DNA from: an uncultured Gemmatimonadales bacterium
GTDB taxonomy: Bacteria; Gemmatimonadota; Gemmatimonadetes; Longimicrobiales; RSA9
DNA: 64,000 nt
Direction of reading: 5' to 3'
Assembly (NCBI GenBank): GCA_963783305.1
Contig: CAWAMW010000002.1
Span: 1 to 64,000, forward strand
The translations under genes were made by a program, and so were the position numbers. Positions 22,136 to 32,290 of this stretch are shown here, one piece after another (the stretch's first letter is position 1; each line of letters starts with the position of its first letter). The notes under the pieces are model-generated. The model was not told where the DNA came from and searched no databases. It saw only the letters and a program-made list of their open reading frames with translations.

Positions 22136-22918
22136 ATGAGACGAGTGGTGCTGATCCTGGCGACCGCCACGGCTGCCATTGCCACAGCCGCGTGCGGGGG
22201 CGGGGACGTGGCGGTGATCGCCCAGCTGGAGGGCGCGGCGACAGGAACACAGGAGACGGAGATGGTCGCCCTGGGCTCGCTGCCGATCCGGCTGGTGCCC
22301 TTCGACCGGGATGCGATCTTCGATTCGCTGGGCCAGGCGTACCCGGAGCCGGAGCCGGTCATCCCGGATTCGATCCAGGCCCTGCAGGACAGGGTCATCG
22401 CGGCGCAGGCGCAGTGGCGAGAGGCGAACCAGGAGTGGGCGCAGGTACGCGACAGCCTCCAGATGCTGTCGGACACCCTGCGGGCCATGAACCAGGCCGA
22501 CCCCGACTACTTCGTCCTGTTCCAGGATTTCGGCGCGCTGGAGAACCGCGTCGGCGCCCTCGAGCGGCGAGCGAATCAGGGATTCGAGGATTTCACGACC
22601 CTGCAGGGGCGGCTGAGCGCGCAGTCGCGCGAGGTCGAGCTCGCCCGTCGGAACTGGGCGGATGAGGCATTCACCTCCGTGGACTCGATCTTCACCGCGC
22701 GTGAGGAGGAGCTCGGGATGGAGGTCCAGTACGACACCACTTCCACGCAGGGCGTCGTGCGTTTCTCGAGCGTGCCCCAGGGGCAGTGGTGGGTTACGGC
22801 ACGGTATGAGCGTCCATTCGACGAACTGTACTGGAACCTTCCGGTCGATGTGACGGGTGGTGAGGAGATCACCGTACGTCTGACCGAGGAGAACGCCGAG
22901 GTCCGGCAGAAACTGTAG
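22136..22918 (+). CDS. Hypothetical lipoprotein with central coiled coil
   Basis: Signal peptide ending ATAAC; GC3-biased codons; helical middle and beta-rich C-terminus. Confidence 0.75.
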   Translation: MRRVVLILATATAAIATAACGGGDVAVIAQLEGAATGTQETEMVALGSLPIRLVPFDRDAIFDSLGQAYPEPEPVIPDSIQALQDRVIAAQAQWREANQEWAQVRDSLQMLSDTLRAMNQADPDYFVLFQDFGALENRVGALERRANQGFEDFTTLQGRLSAQSREVELARRNWADEAFTSVDSIFTAREEELGMEVQYDTTSTQGVVRFSSVPQGQWWVTARYERPFDELYWNLPVDVTGGEEITVRLTEENAEVRQKL

Positions 22919-22931
22919 ACTGTGAGGCATC

Positions 22932-25091
22932 GTGCCTGAGCGAGAGAGCACGACGAACGAGGCGACGCCCGCACTGGAGACGGACAGCGAGGGGGTCGCC
23001 TCGCTCGTTTTCGACGATCCGGAGCGTCGGGTGAACGTCCTGACCACACCGGTGATGGAGCGGCTGGACGGGCTCCTGGAAGAAATCGAGCAAGGCGTAG
23101 CCGCCGGTTCCATCCGCGCACTGGTGGTCAGGAGCGGGAAGGATGGGACATTCATGGCCGGCGCCGATGTGGACGAGATCGCCGGGATCACGGACCCGGC
23201 CGAGGGTCGGGAGAAGGCGGTCCGGGGCCAGGCGGTGTTCACGAGGCTCGAGAAGCTGGGCATCCCCACGGTCGCCGCGGTGGACGGGACCTGCCTGGGC
23301 GGCGGGACCGAGCTGATCCTGGCCTGCGACGTGAGACTGGCCAGCGACCGGCCGGAAACGCGCATCGGGCTGCCGGAGATCAAGCTCGGCATCCTGCCCG
23401 GCTTCGGCGGCACCACCCGGCTGCCGCGACTCATCGGACTCATGGCCGCCGCCGATATCATCCTGGCGGGGAAGGCCGTGGACGCGCGTAAGGCGCAAAA
23501 GATCGGTCTGATCCACGAGCGGATGCATGCCGGCGTGCTGGAGGGCCGGGCGCGCCAGATCGCCCTGGATCTGGCGGGAGGCGGGAGCGCACCCGATCGG
23601 AACACGCCGGGACTCGTCCAGCGCGTGGCCGAGGGTACGCCGCTGGGGCGGTCGTTCATTCTGAAGCAGGCGCGCAAGCAGGTCCTCGAGCAGACGAAGG
23701 GGCACTACCCCGCACCGCTCCGGGCCATCGAGGTGATGAAGCGGTCGGCGGGCAAGTCGCTGGATCGCGCGCTGGAAATCGAGGCGCAGGCGCTGGGCGA
23801 GCTCGTCGTCACACCGGAGTCGAAGGGCCTGATCCACGTGTTCCACCTGATGGAGGACGCGAAGAAGGCCGGTCCCGACGCCAGCGGCCGGCCGGTGGAG
23901 CGGGTCGCGGTGCTGGGTGCGGGAGTCATGGGCGGCGGGGTCGCGCAGCTCCTCGCCTACAAGGACCTGGCGGTTCGGCTCAAGGACATCGACCAGGGCG
24001 CCCTGTCCACGGGGCTCCGCCACGCGCAGTCCATGTTCGACAAGCTGGTCAAGCGCCGGAAGATGAAGAAGCGCGAGGCGGACGACCGCATGAGCGCCAT
24101 CTCCCCCACGCTCGAATACGCCGGATTCGCCACGGTGGACCTGGTGATCGAGGCCGTGGTGGAGCGGATGCCGGTGAAGAAGAGCGTGCTCAAGGAGACG
24201 GAGGCGGCAGTGCGGGGGGATACGGTCCTCACGAGCAACACGTCGTCGCTCTCCATCACCGAGATGGCCACCTCCCTCGATCGGCCGGAAAACTTCGCCG
24301 GCATGCACTTCTTCAATCCCGTACACCGCATGCCCCTGGTGGAGATCATCCGGGGCGCTGAATCCTCGGACGAGACCATCGCCACCGTGTTCGAGCTCAC
24401 TCGCCGGATCGGGAAGACGCCGGTGATCGTGAACGACGGGCCGGGGTTCCTGGTGAATCGTGTCCTCACCCCCTACCTGAACGAGGCCGGCTACCTGCTC
24501 GCGGAAGGTGCGGCCATCGCGGAGGTCGACGCTGCGCTGCTGGCTTTCGGCATGCCCATGGGCCCGCTCCGGCTTCTGGATGAAGTGGGGCTGGACATCG
24601 CACGGCACGCCGGTGAGACCATGCACGAGGCGTTCGGGGAGCGGCTGGCGCCCTCGCCCGCCCTGGCGGCGCTGGAGGAGACGGAGCGGCTCGGCCGCAA
24701 GAACGGGCGCGGCTTCTACACCTACGAAGGGGGCAAGGAGCAGCACCCGGACCCGTCCATCTACGAGGAGCTGGAGCCGGTCATCGGCGGCGACCGGAAG
24801 GAGATCCCGGCGCGTGAGATCGTCGACCGCTGCGTCCTCCCCATGGTGAACGAGGCGGCCCGGATCCTGGAGGAAGGGATCGCGCGCTCGCCGGGCGATG
24901 TGGACCTCGCCATGATCACCGGCACCGGGTTCCCGCCTTTCCGCGGGGGTCTCCTGCGCTACGCCGACGGCGTGGGGCTGGCCACGATCGTGGCGAAGCT
25001 GGAGTCGTTCGAACGGCAGCACGGGGTACGGTTCGAGCCGGCGCCGCTCCTGCGACGGAAGGCGGAGTCGGACGAGGGGTTCTACTCCTGA
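22932..25091 (+). CDS. fadJ: Fatty acid oxidation complex alpha subunit (enoyl-CoA hydratase/3-hydroxyacyl-CoA dehydrogenase; FadJ/FadB-like)
   Basis: FMAGADV, CLGGGTE, GLPEIKLGILPGFGGT, VLGAGVMGGG, SNTSSL, GMHFFNPV, PGFLVNR. Confidence 0.92.
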   Translation: MPERESTTNEATPALETDSEGVASLVFDDPERRVNVLTTPVMERLDGLLEEIEQGVAAGSIRALVVRSGKDGTFMAGADVDEIAGITDPAEGREKAVRGQAVFTRLEKLGIPTVAAVDGTCLGGGTELILACDVRLASDRPETRIGLPEIKLGILPGFGGTTRLPRLIGLMAAADIILAGKAVDARKAQKIGLIHERMHAGVLEGRARQIALDLAGGGSAPDRNTPGLVQRVAEGTPLGRSFILKQARKQVLEQTKGHYPAPLRAIEVMKRSAGKSLDRALEIEAQALGELVVTPESKGLIHVFHLMEDAKKAGPDASGRPVERVAVLGAGVMGGGVAQLLAYKDLAVRLKDIDQGALSTGLRHAQSMFDKLVKRRKMKKREADDRMSAISPTLEYAGFATVDLVIEAVVERMPVKKSVLKETEAAVRGDTVLTSNTSSLSITEMATSLDRPENFAGMHFFNPVHRMPLVEIIRGAESSDETIATVFELTRRIGKTPVIVNDGPGFLVNRVLTPYLNEAGYLLAEGAAIAEVDAALLAFGMPMGPLRLLDEVGLDIARHAGETMHEAFGERLAPSPALAALEETERLGRKNGRGFYTYEGGKEQHPDPSIYEELEPVIGGDRKEIPAREIVDRCVLPMVNEAARILEEGIARSPGDVDLAMITGTGFPPFRGGLLRYADGVGLATIVAKLESFERQHGVRFEPAPLLRRKAESDEGFYS

Positions 25092-25162
25092 CGGAGGCGG
25101 CTCCCGCCCCGGTCCCGCGCCCCGTTCGCATCCACTACCTGCGCCCGCCCGACCGTGAGCAG

Positions 25163-25666
25163 GTGTTCCGGCAAACCCTCGTCCATGAGGGTGACCTGGA
25201 CGATGGCGGCCGGGTGCTGATCACCTACCTGGCGGAATCCGGTGTGCCGGCTCCCGTCACCGTGGCCGGGCGGATCATTCTGGAGGGGGCATCCCCGGCT
25301 GTCTGGTTCACGTTCCCGGGACGTCATCACGACATTGGCCGATTCCACACGCCCGCGGGTCAGCTCACGGGCTATTACGCCAATGTGCTGACCCCGGTCG
25401 AGGTCCTTCCCGACGATGGCGGCCCGGACACCTGGCGCACCACCGACCTCTTCGTGGACCTGTTCATGACCCCGGACGGCGACGTGCACGAGCTGGATCG
25501 CGACGAGCTGCGGGAGGCACTGGAGCGCGGGTGGATCGACGGCGCCACGGCCGCGCACGCGGACGCGGAGGTGCGGCGGCTGGCGGGTATGGCGCGTGCA
25601 GGTGTGTGGCCGCCACCGGTTGTCGAGGAGTGGACGCTGGAACGGGTGCGACGCGTGGTGGGGTAG
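25163..25666 (+). CDS. DUF402 family protein
   Basis: HDIGRFH, GYYANVLTP, TTDLFVDL, LDRDELREALERGWI; true start may be CTG at 25088. Confidence 0.8.
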   Translation: MFRQTLVHEGDLDDGGRVLITYLAESGVPAPVTVAGRIILEGASPAVWFTFPGRHHDIGRFHTPAGQLTGYYANVLTPVEVLPDDGGPDTWRTTDLFVDLFMTPDGDVHELDRDELREALERGWIDGATAAHADAEVRRLAGMARAGVWPPPVVEEWTLERVRRVVG

Positions 25667-25727
25667 AACGAGCATCGAGCTCCGGCATCGATCATTGGAC
25701 GGACCGGACAAAACTCTGGGAGGAAGC

Positions 25728-26432
25728 ATGGCGGACGACAGGCGCGGACGGGGTGCAGGCGATGGGTTCGGGGCACTGGGGCTGGCGGCGGCGCTCGTGG
25801 GAGCGCTGCTGGGCTCCGCCCCGGGCGTGGCCGCCCAGTCCGCCATGACGGGGACATCCGCGGAATCCGCGCACGTCGCGGCCATCGAGCGGGCCATGGA
25901 GAGCCGGACGCTCGGCGACCGGAATGCCGCCGTGGTGGTCTTCGAGATCGCCGACTTCCAGTGCCCCTACTGCGCCGAGTTCGCGGGGACCGTGGCCCCG
26001 ATCCTCCACGAGCGGTACGTGGAGACCGGTGACGTGCAGTGGGTGTTCGTGAACCTGCCGCTCCACAGCCATCCGCTGGCTTGGCACGCGGCCGAGGCGG
26101 CGCTGTGCGCGGGCGCCGCGGGTGACGCGTTCTGGCCCATGCACGACAAGCTCTTCGCCGAGCAGGACGCGTGGGGCAGCGCGGCCGATCCGCGGGCCAA
26201 GTTCGCGGAATACGCGGCCGAGTTGGGCGTGCCCGCCGGGGCATTCGCGGCGTGCACCGAGGGGGACCAGGTGGCCGCCCTCATCCTGCAGGACCTCGGC
26301 TCCGCCATCAGCGCCGGCATCACCGGCACGCCGACGTTCATCATCATGAAGGACGATCAGGTCGTGGAGCGGCTGTCAGGAGTGCAGCCGGTGGAGACGT
26401 GGGCGAAGGCGCTGGGGCGGGTGATCAAGTAA
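25728..26432 (+). CDS. DsbA/thioredoxin-fold oxidoreductase (CPYC)
   Basis: Signal/TM segment, EIADFQCPYC, GITGTPTF. Confidence 0.9.
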   Translation: MADDRRGRGAGDGFGALGLAAALVGALLGSAPGVAAQSAMTGTSAESAHVAAIERAMESRTLGDRNAAVVVFEIADFQCPYCAEFAGTVAPILHERYVETGDVQWVFVNLPLHSHPLAWHAAEAALCAGAAGDAFWPMHDKLFAEQDAWGSAADPRAKFAEYAAELGVPAGAFAACTEGDQVAALILQDLGSAISAGITGTPTFIIMKDDQVVERLSGVQPVETWAKALGRVIK

Positions 26433-26458
26433 CAGCGGCGCCGCCGCCCGGGTGGGCG

Positions 26459-26914
26459 TCAGCGCGCGCCCGGCTTCAGCTTCCGCACCTCGGGCAGCGC
26501 CAGCGCGAAGGCCAGCACCGACAACACCGCCGAGGCGATGCACCACTGGCACCAGGCGTGGATCACGAACTCCTCCAGAACGCTCAGGTAGATGGAGAAG
26601 AGGAGCGCGACGCCGGTGAGCGTGAGGAGCGCGATGGCGATCCGGCGATCGTCGGCGAAGCGCGGCTGGGTCCCGGCCATCGCCACGACCAGCAGCGCCA
26701 GATACCCCGCCAGCCCCCAGGCCGCCACGGGGATGCCGAAGAAGTAGGACCAGGGCGAGTTCTGCACGGTCTCACACCCGCCGGTGCCGCAGAGGATCGT
26801 GCCGAACGCGCCCAGCTTGTAGAGCAGGAGATACACGGCCACGAACACGCCGAGGAGCGCGACCACCGCGATCCCCATCCGATTGCGGACGTCCATTTCG
26901 GTCTCGGTGGTCAC
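26459..26914 (-). CDS. Vitamin K epoxide reductase (VKOR) family protein
   Basis: CGTGGCETVQNSPWS loop, four TM helices, HAWCQWC; GTG start overlaps the DsbA stop. Confidence 0.9.
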   Translation of the reverse strand: MTTETEMDVRNRMGIAVVALLGVFVAVYLLLYKLGAFGTILCGTGGCETVQNSPWSYFFGIPVAAWGLAGYLALLVVAMAGTQPRFADDRRIAIALLTLTGVALLFSIYLSVLEEFVIHAWCQWCIASAVLSVLAFALALPEVRKLKPGAR

Positions 26915-27708
26915 ATGCCCGGAGCCGCGTCCGGACCGGCGGCGGCGCTCAGCTCTTCCTCGATGACCTCCGCCAGCGCCTGGGGGCTGAAGTCTGCGAC
27001 CCTCCGGTTGTTGATGATCACCGTGGGGGTGCCGGACAGCCGCAGCTGCTGCGCGAGCATGTAGTTGGCGCTCACAACGTCGGCGAACCGGTCGCTCTCG
27101 AGGCACTCGCGGAACGCCCCCTCATCGAGCCCCACGTCCGCGGCGTACTCCATGAAGTCGCCGATCACCGAGCCCTGCTTGTAGGCCCACTGGCCCTGCT
27201 CCTCGAACAGCTTGTCGTGGTACGCCCAGTAGGCCGCGTCGACCTCTCCGGGCACACCCTGGAGTGACGCAGGGGTCGGGAGCTCCTGCGCACCCGCGCA
27301 GCGTGCCGCCCGCGCGGCCAGCACCGTATGCTCGTGGATGCTGACAAGGGGGAAGTCGTAGAACGTGAAGCGGGCCTGCCCGGTCTTCACGTACCGATCG
27401 ACGATGAAGGGCCGGACCTGGAGCGAAAACTGACCGCAGCCCGGGCACTGGAAGTCACCGAACTCTACGATCTGGACCGGCGCGTCGGCAGCGCCGAGGC
27501 GGATGGGGGTCGCCTGGTCGTAGAGCGCCTGCGCGTTCGGGGCATCGAGCTCCACCAGCTCCGTGGCCGCGGAGCCGCCGCTCGCGCCCATGAACGCGTA
27601 GCCAATGGCGATGACGCCCCCCAGGGCGATCACCCCGAGCACCGCATAGAACATCGTGTTCCCGCCGGACCGGCTCGGGACCTCGCCCTTCCGCTTTCTC
27701 TGCGCCAA
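26911..27708 (-). CDS. Membrane-anchored DsbA family oxidoreductase (CPGC)
   Basis: TM anchor, VEFGDFQCPGC, DFPL, SGTPTVIIN; start uncertain (TTG 27708 chosen). Confidence 0.88.
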   Translation of the reverse strand: MAQRKRKGEVPSRSGGNTMFYAVLGVIALGGVIAIGYAFMGASGGSAATELVELDAPNAQALYDQATPIRLGAADAPVQIVEFGDFQCPGCGQFSLQVRPFIVDRYVKTGQARFTFYDFPLVSIHEHTVLAARAARCAGAQELPTPASLQGVPGEVDAAYWAYHDKLFEEQGQWAYKQGSVIGDFMEYAADVGLDEGAFRECLESDRFADVVSANYMLAQQLRLSGTPTVIINNRRVADFSPQALAEVIEEELSAAAGPDAAPGM

Positions 27709-27774
27709 CGCTAACGCTCCCGTGTCTGTGTCAGGATATTCGCCAGCGGAAGATGACCGCACGGGCTCGGCCGT

Positions 27775-28482
27775 TCAAGGGGTCATGGCTCCGCCGGCAA
27801 TGGCGTCCACCACCGCACTGGTGTCGGACAAGTCCTCGAAGACGACGTCGGCACCCGCCTCTTCCAACTCCCGCGACGTGTGCTTGCCGGTGGCCACCGC
27901 CACCGTCCAGACGCCCAGCTCCTGCCCGCAGGTGACGTCGAAGGGCGTATCGCCGATGATGACGATGTCGTGGCCATGGAACTCGAGCCCGGACCGCTCC
28001 AGCGCCCGTGCCTGCGCCACCGCGGGCAGGCGGTCCCGCCGCTCGTGATCGGAGCCGTAGGCGCCGAAATCGAACCGCTGCCAGAGGTCCACGGCGGCGA
28101 GCTTCAGGCGCGCGCCGCGCTCGATGTTGCCGGTGAGCAGCGCCACCAGGTCGTCGCTCGTCTCGTGAAGCGCATCGAGCAGCGGCACCACGCCCGGAAG
28201 GGTATGGGTGTTCGCGCCCGGCTTCGTCAGCTCCCGCTCGAGCCGCTCCAGGTACACATCCCAGAGGTCGTCGAGCCGGGCATCAATGGCGCGGTCCTCC
28301 AGGCCGGTGTGGCGCAGGAGCTCCCGCACGATCTGGGGATCCGTCCGGCCGTGGAAATCGTAGCTGTCGATCGGCCCCGTCTCCCCGTAGACCTCGATCA
28401 GCGCATGGCGGACCGCCCTCGATCCCGCGCCGTGGGCGGAAACCAGGGTCCCATCGATATCGAACAATACCAACCGCTTCAT
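27775..28482 (-). CDS. HAD superfamily hydrolase (phosphoglycolate phosphatase-like)
   Basis: LFDIDGTL, LLTGN, IIGDTPFD. Confidence 0.9.
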   Translation of the reverse strand: MKRLVLFDIDGTLVSAHGAGSRAVRHALIEVYGETGPIDSYDFHGRTDPQIVRELLRHTGLEDRAIDARLDDLWDVYLERLERELTKPGANTHTLPGVVPLLDALHETSDDLVALLTGNIERGARLKLAAVDLWQRFDFGAYGSDHERRDRLPAVAQARALERSGLEFHGHDIVIIGDTPFDVTCGQELGVWTVAVATGKHTSRELEEAGADVVFEDLSDTSAVVDAIAGGAMTP

Positions 28483-28492
28483 GGATCCTCCG

Positions 28493-29413
28493 TCATCGGA
28501 CCGCCCGCTCGATGGCCTCGGCCACCGCGTCCGCGGCCATGCCGCCGAGGGCGAGCATGAGCGCCGGCGGGGCGGACTCGGGTCGGACGCCTGTGGATAG
28601 CGCGAAGGTGATATCGCCGTCGAACGGGGTGTGAACCGGGGAGATGCGTCGCGCCTGCCCGGTGGACCCTGCGCGCGCGAGACCGATCAGGGCGGACCGG
28701 TCCAGCGGCGCGTCCGTGGCTACGACACAGAGCGTGGTGGCGGTCCCCGGCGGCGTCATGGGAGGCCCGGCCACCCCCGCGCGAACCACGGCGGTCGAAT
28801 CGGCGAAAGAGCCATCGTCGGCCCGGGCGCCGGCAATGATGCGGCCCTGGCCGTCCAGCACGTCACCGAGCGCGTTCACCACCGCGAGCGCGCCCACCGT
28901 GTACCCGGACGCTCGAACGGACGCGGTCCCGACGCCGCCCGGCATGGTGTGCCCGGGCCCCAACACCTTCCCGACGGTGGCGCCGGTGCCGGCGCCCACC
29001 CGCCCTTCCGGAACGGTGACATCCGCGGCAGCGCAGGCGGCGCGGCCCATGGCCGCGTCGGGGCGACGGTCGGCTCGCCCGGTGGCCAGATCGAAGAGCA
29101 CGGCCGCCGGAACGATAGGGACCCGGGCGACCCCCGTATCGAAGCCGAAGTCGCCCTGCTCCTCGAGCCATGCCATGACACCATCGGCTGCGGCCAGGCC
29201 GTAGGCGGAGCCGCCGGTGAGCAGGATCGCGTCCGCGCGCTCGACGAGGTGGAGCGGCGAGAGCGCCTCGATCTCACGGGTGCCCGTGGCGCTCCCACGG
29301 ATATCCACGGCGGCCCGGAAAGGGCCGATCACCACGGTGCAGCCGGTCCGGGCGTCGGGGTCCGACGCATGCCCGATGAGGAGTCCCGCCACGTCCGTGA
29401 TCCGTCCGTTCAT
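28493..29413 (-). CDS. P1/DmpA-type (S58) peptidase
   Basis: ITDVAGLLIGH, TGTRE, LTGGSAYGL, GAGTGATVG, VNALGD, HTPFDGD. Confidence 0.9.
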   Translation of the reverse strand: MNGRITDVAGLLIGHASDPDARTGCTVVIGPFRAAVDIRGSATGTREIEALSPLHLVERADAILLTGGSAYGLAAADGVMAWLEEQGDFGFDTGVARVPIVPAAVLFDLATGRADRRPDAAMGRAACAAADVTVPEGRVGAGTGATVGKVLGPGHTMPGGVGTASVRASGYTVGALAVVNALGDVLDGQGRIIAGARADDGSFADSTAVVRAGVAGPPMTPPGTATTLCVVATDAPLDRSALIGLARAGSTGQARRISPVHTPFDGDITFALSTGVRPESAPPALMLALGGMAADAVAEAIERAVR

Positions 29414-30162
29414 CCGCCGGCGCCGTTCCGTTGCGCGCGTACCCGAGCCGCGAAGGACTCGAGGATCCGGATGTTCGGATCGCTGCTCGGCGCTTCAGCC
29501 TCGTGCCGCTCGGGATGCCACTGCACCCCGACCACCCAGTCGTGCTCCAGCGACTCGATCCCTTCGATCAGGCCGTCCTCCGCTTCGGCAGTGCAGCGCA
29601 GGCCGGGCGCCATGTCCTTCACCGCCTGATGGTGGAAGGAATTGATCTTCAGCGGCACGCAATCGCCCAGGATCTCATGGAGTCGGCTGCCGGCCGAGCA
29701 CTGGACCTCGTGCTGGTGCTGCCCCCACGGTAGCGTCTGTGAGTGACCCACGACCTTCTCCCGCTGGGTCGCCAGGTCCTGGTAGAGCGTGCCGCCGAAG
29801 TAGACGTTCAGCAGCTGCATCCCCCGGCAGATCCCCAGTACCGGCAGCTCCTTTTCGAGCGCGACCTCAAGGGCGTGGAACTCCATGGCGTCCCGGATCT
29901 GGCTCACTTCCTCCAGTTCGGGGATGGGCTCCTCCCCGTACCGAGCGGGGTCGATGTCCTCGCCCCCGGTGATCAACATCCCGCTGCACAGACCGAGGAG
30001 GTCCGTGACCTGGTCGGGGTCGTGGGCGGGCGTGATGAGGACGGGGTTCAGCCCCACGCGGCTGACGGCCGTGAGGTAATTCGCGTATACGCTGACCAGC
30101 GGCTTCCGATAACGCCGGTCGGCTGGGTCGAGCGTCGTTGTGAGTGCGACGAATGGCTTCAT
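29410..30162 (-). CDS. Gamma-glutamyl-gamma-aminobutyrate hydrolase family (peptidase C26, PuuD-like)
   Basis: GGEDIDP, LGICRGMQ, NSFHHQAV, GVQWHPE. Confidence 0.92.
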   Translation of the reverse strand: MKPFVALTTTLDPADRRYRKPLVSVYANYLTAVSRVGLNPVLITPAHDPDQVTDLLGLCSGMLITGGEDIDPARYGEEPIPELEEVSQIRDAMEFHALEVALEKELPVLGICRGMQLLNVYFGGTLYQDLATQREKVVGHSQTLPWGQHQHEVQCSAGSRLHEILGDCVPLKINSFHHQAVKDMAPGLRCTAEAEDGLIEGIESLEHDWVVGVQWHPERHEAEAPSSDPNIRILESFAARVRAQRNGAGG

Positions 30163-30185
30163 GGAGGGGCGGCTCTGTCAACGGT

Positions 30186-31319
30186 TCACGGAGCCGTTTC
30201 GGCCCCGCCTTCCCGCACCAGATGCAGCAAGACCCGTCCCACGCGGTCATTGTCGATCACACCAGCGAATTCGTCCGCCTCCGGCCCCCGGGCGAACAGG
30301 GGCACCAGCCCGGCCGTGTGCCCCTTCGTGGTGTAGTGCGCCGCCATGACGCCCTCCTCGTCGGGGTGCAGCGCGAGCCCACCCGTGGAGTGATCGGCCG
30401 TGACGATGATCAGAGTATTGGCCCGCCGCTCCTGGAACCGCAGCGCCCGGAGAATCGCCAGGTCGAAGTCCTGGACTTCCGCAACGACCTGGCGGAGCGG
30501 CGCGTTGTCGTGACCCATCCAGTCGATCTGCGAGCCCTCCACCATGAGGAAGAACCCGTCCGGGTCCTCCTCGAGCAGGTCGAGCGCCCCGTCCGTGAGC
30601 TCCGCCAGGTTCGGCCGACGCTCCGTGGCGGGTCCGGGATGGTTGGCCGCGAAGAGACCGACCAGGGCGGGGATCGTGTCCATGTCCAGGGCCAGGAACG
30701 TGTCGGGATCCTCGACGTAGACGGCCCGGCGCTTCAGCTGAGCGATGAGGTCCTCCCCGTCCTCGCGCGTCGCGGCATTAAAATCCTGACGTCCCCCGCC
30801 CAGCAGTACGTTGATGCGGCTCCGGGCCATCTGGCGGGCGATCTCCTGGTACATGCCGCGATGCCGCACGTGGGCCGCGAAAGCCGCGGGCGTGGCGTGA
30901 GTGACCGAGGAGGTGGCCACGAGACCGGTGGCCCAACCCTCGGAGCGGGCAACTTCCAGGACCGTCTGGAGCGCCGCGGAGTCGGAGTCCACCGAGATGG
31001 CGCCGTTGTACGTCCTCACGCCGGTGGCATAGGCCGTGGCGCCCGCAGCGCTGTCCGTGATGCGGGCGTCGGCGCTCTCGGTGTCCACGAGCCCCACCAC
31101 CGGGAACTGCTCGATGGAGAGGGGCACGCGGGACGCCAGCTTCGCGGCGCTCCAGTAGTCGAGTCCGGCGCCATCGCCGATGAAGAGGATGATGCTCAGG
31201 GGACCGGGGTCGGCAGGTTCTCCGGGGCCAGGAGTGGCCGGCGCCGGCGGGGCCGGTGCGGTGCATGCCGAGAGGGCGAGCACCGCCGCGAGGGCGAGGA
31301 GAGACGACTGGGGCTTCAT
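30186..31319 (-). CDS. Alkaline phosphatase (lipoprotein)
   Basis: Lipobox LSAC; IILFIGDG, TDSAAGAT, THATPA, MVEGSQIDWMGH, TADH. Confidence 0.92.
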   Translation of the reverse strand: MKPQSSLLALAAVLALSACTAPAPPAPATPGPGEPADPGPLSIILFIGDGAGLDYWSAAKLASRVPLSIEQFPVVGLVDTESADARITDSAAGATAYATGVRTYNGAISVDSDSAALQTVLEVARSEGWATGLVATSSVTHATPAAFAAHVRHRGMYQEIARQMARSRINVLLGGGRQDFNAATREDGEDLIAQLKRRAVYVEDPDTFLALDMDTIPALVGLFAANHPGPATERRPNLAELTDGALDLLEEDPDGFFLMVEGSQIDWMGHDNAPLRQVVAEVQDFDLAILRALRFQERRANTLIIVTADHSTGGLALHPDEEGVMAAHYTTKGHTAGLVPLFARGPEADEFAGVIDNDRVGRVLLHLVREGGAETAP

Positions 31320-32290
31320 GTCAGCAGCTCCGGAATACGGGACGGGTCGATGTTGCCACCTGAGATCACGGCCGCGACGGGTCCGTCCAGCGGAACCCGC
31401 GCCGAGCGGAGCGCCGCCACCGAGGCGGCGCCCGAATACTCTACCAGGAGCTTGCTGCGGATCAGGAGCCGGGAGGCTGCCGACCGGATGGCGTCATCGT
31501 CCACGAGCACCACGTCATCCACGAGCGCCCGTGTGTGGGCGAACGTGAGGTCGCCCGGTCGGACCGGGACGAGTCCATCGGCGATGCTGTCGATGGATTC
31601 GAGCGTGATCAGGTGACCGACGTCGAGCGAGCGGCGCATGGCCGGCGCGCCCTCCGGCTCCACACCGATGATCCGCACATCCGGCCGCTCTCGCTTCACG
31701 AACCCGGCGATCCCGCTGATCAGGCCGCCGCCGCCGATGGGGACCACGATCGTCTCCACCGCGGCCCAGTCCTCGAGGATCTCCAGGCCGACCGTCCCCT
31801 GCCCCGCGATGATATCGGCGTGATCGAAGGGCGGGATCATGGTGAGATTGCGCTCCGCCTGCACCGCCTCCGCGCGCTCCCGCCGCGCGATGGACGTGGT
31901 ACCCTCCTCGATGACCTCCGCTCCCAGCCGCTTCGTGCCCTCCACCTTGATCCTGGGCGCGTTCTCGGGCATCACGATCACGGCCGCCACTCCGAACGCC
32001 CGGGCGGCAAACGCCACGGCCTGCGCGTGGTTGCCGCTGGAGTAGGTCACGACCCCGCGCGCCCGCTCCTCCTCCGTCAGCCGCGCCACCATCGTGTACG
32101 CGCCCCGCAGCTTGAACGCTCCAATGGGCTGGAACGACTCGCACTTGAGTCGCACCTCGACCCCCAGCTCCTCCGTCAGCCAGGCTGAAGGCAGGAGCGG
32201 CGTGCGCACGGCCACACCCTCCAACCCGCGCGCCGCGTCCCGGACCGACTGGGGCGAGATCAGCGACTCTACCGCGGAATCCGGGCTCAT
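31316..32290 (-). CDS. PLP-dependent threonine/serine dehydratase
   Basis: [35 protein letters not shown]. Confidence 0.92.
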   Translation of the reverse strand: MSPDSAVESLISPQSVRDAARGLEGVAVRTPLLPSAWLTEELGVEVRLKCESFQPIGAFKLRGAYTMVARLTEEERARGVVTYSSGNHAQAVAFAARAFGVAAVIVMPENAPRIKVEGTKRLGAEVIEEGTTSIARRERAEAVQAERNLTMIPPFDHADIIAGQGTVGLEILEDWAAVETIVVPIGGGGLISGIAGFVKRERPDVRIIGVEPEGAPAMRRSLDVGHLITLESIDSIADGLVPVRPGDLTFAHTRALVDDVVLVDDDAIRSAASRLLIRSKLLVEYSGAASVAALRSARVPLDGPVAAVISGGNIDPSRIPELLT

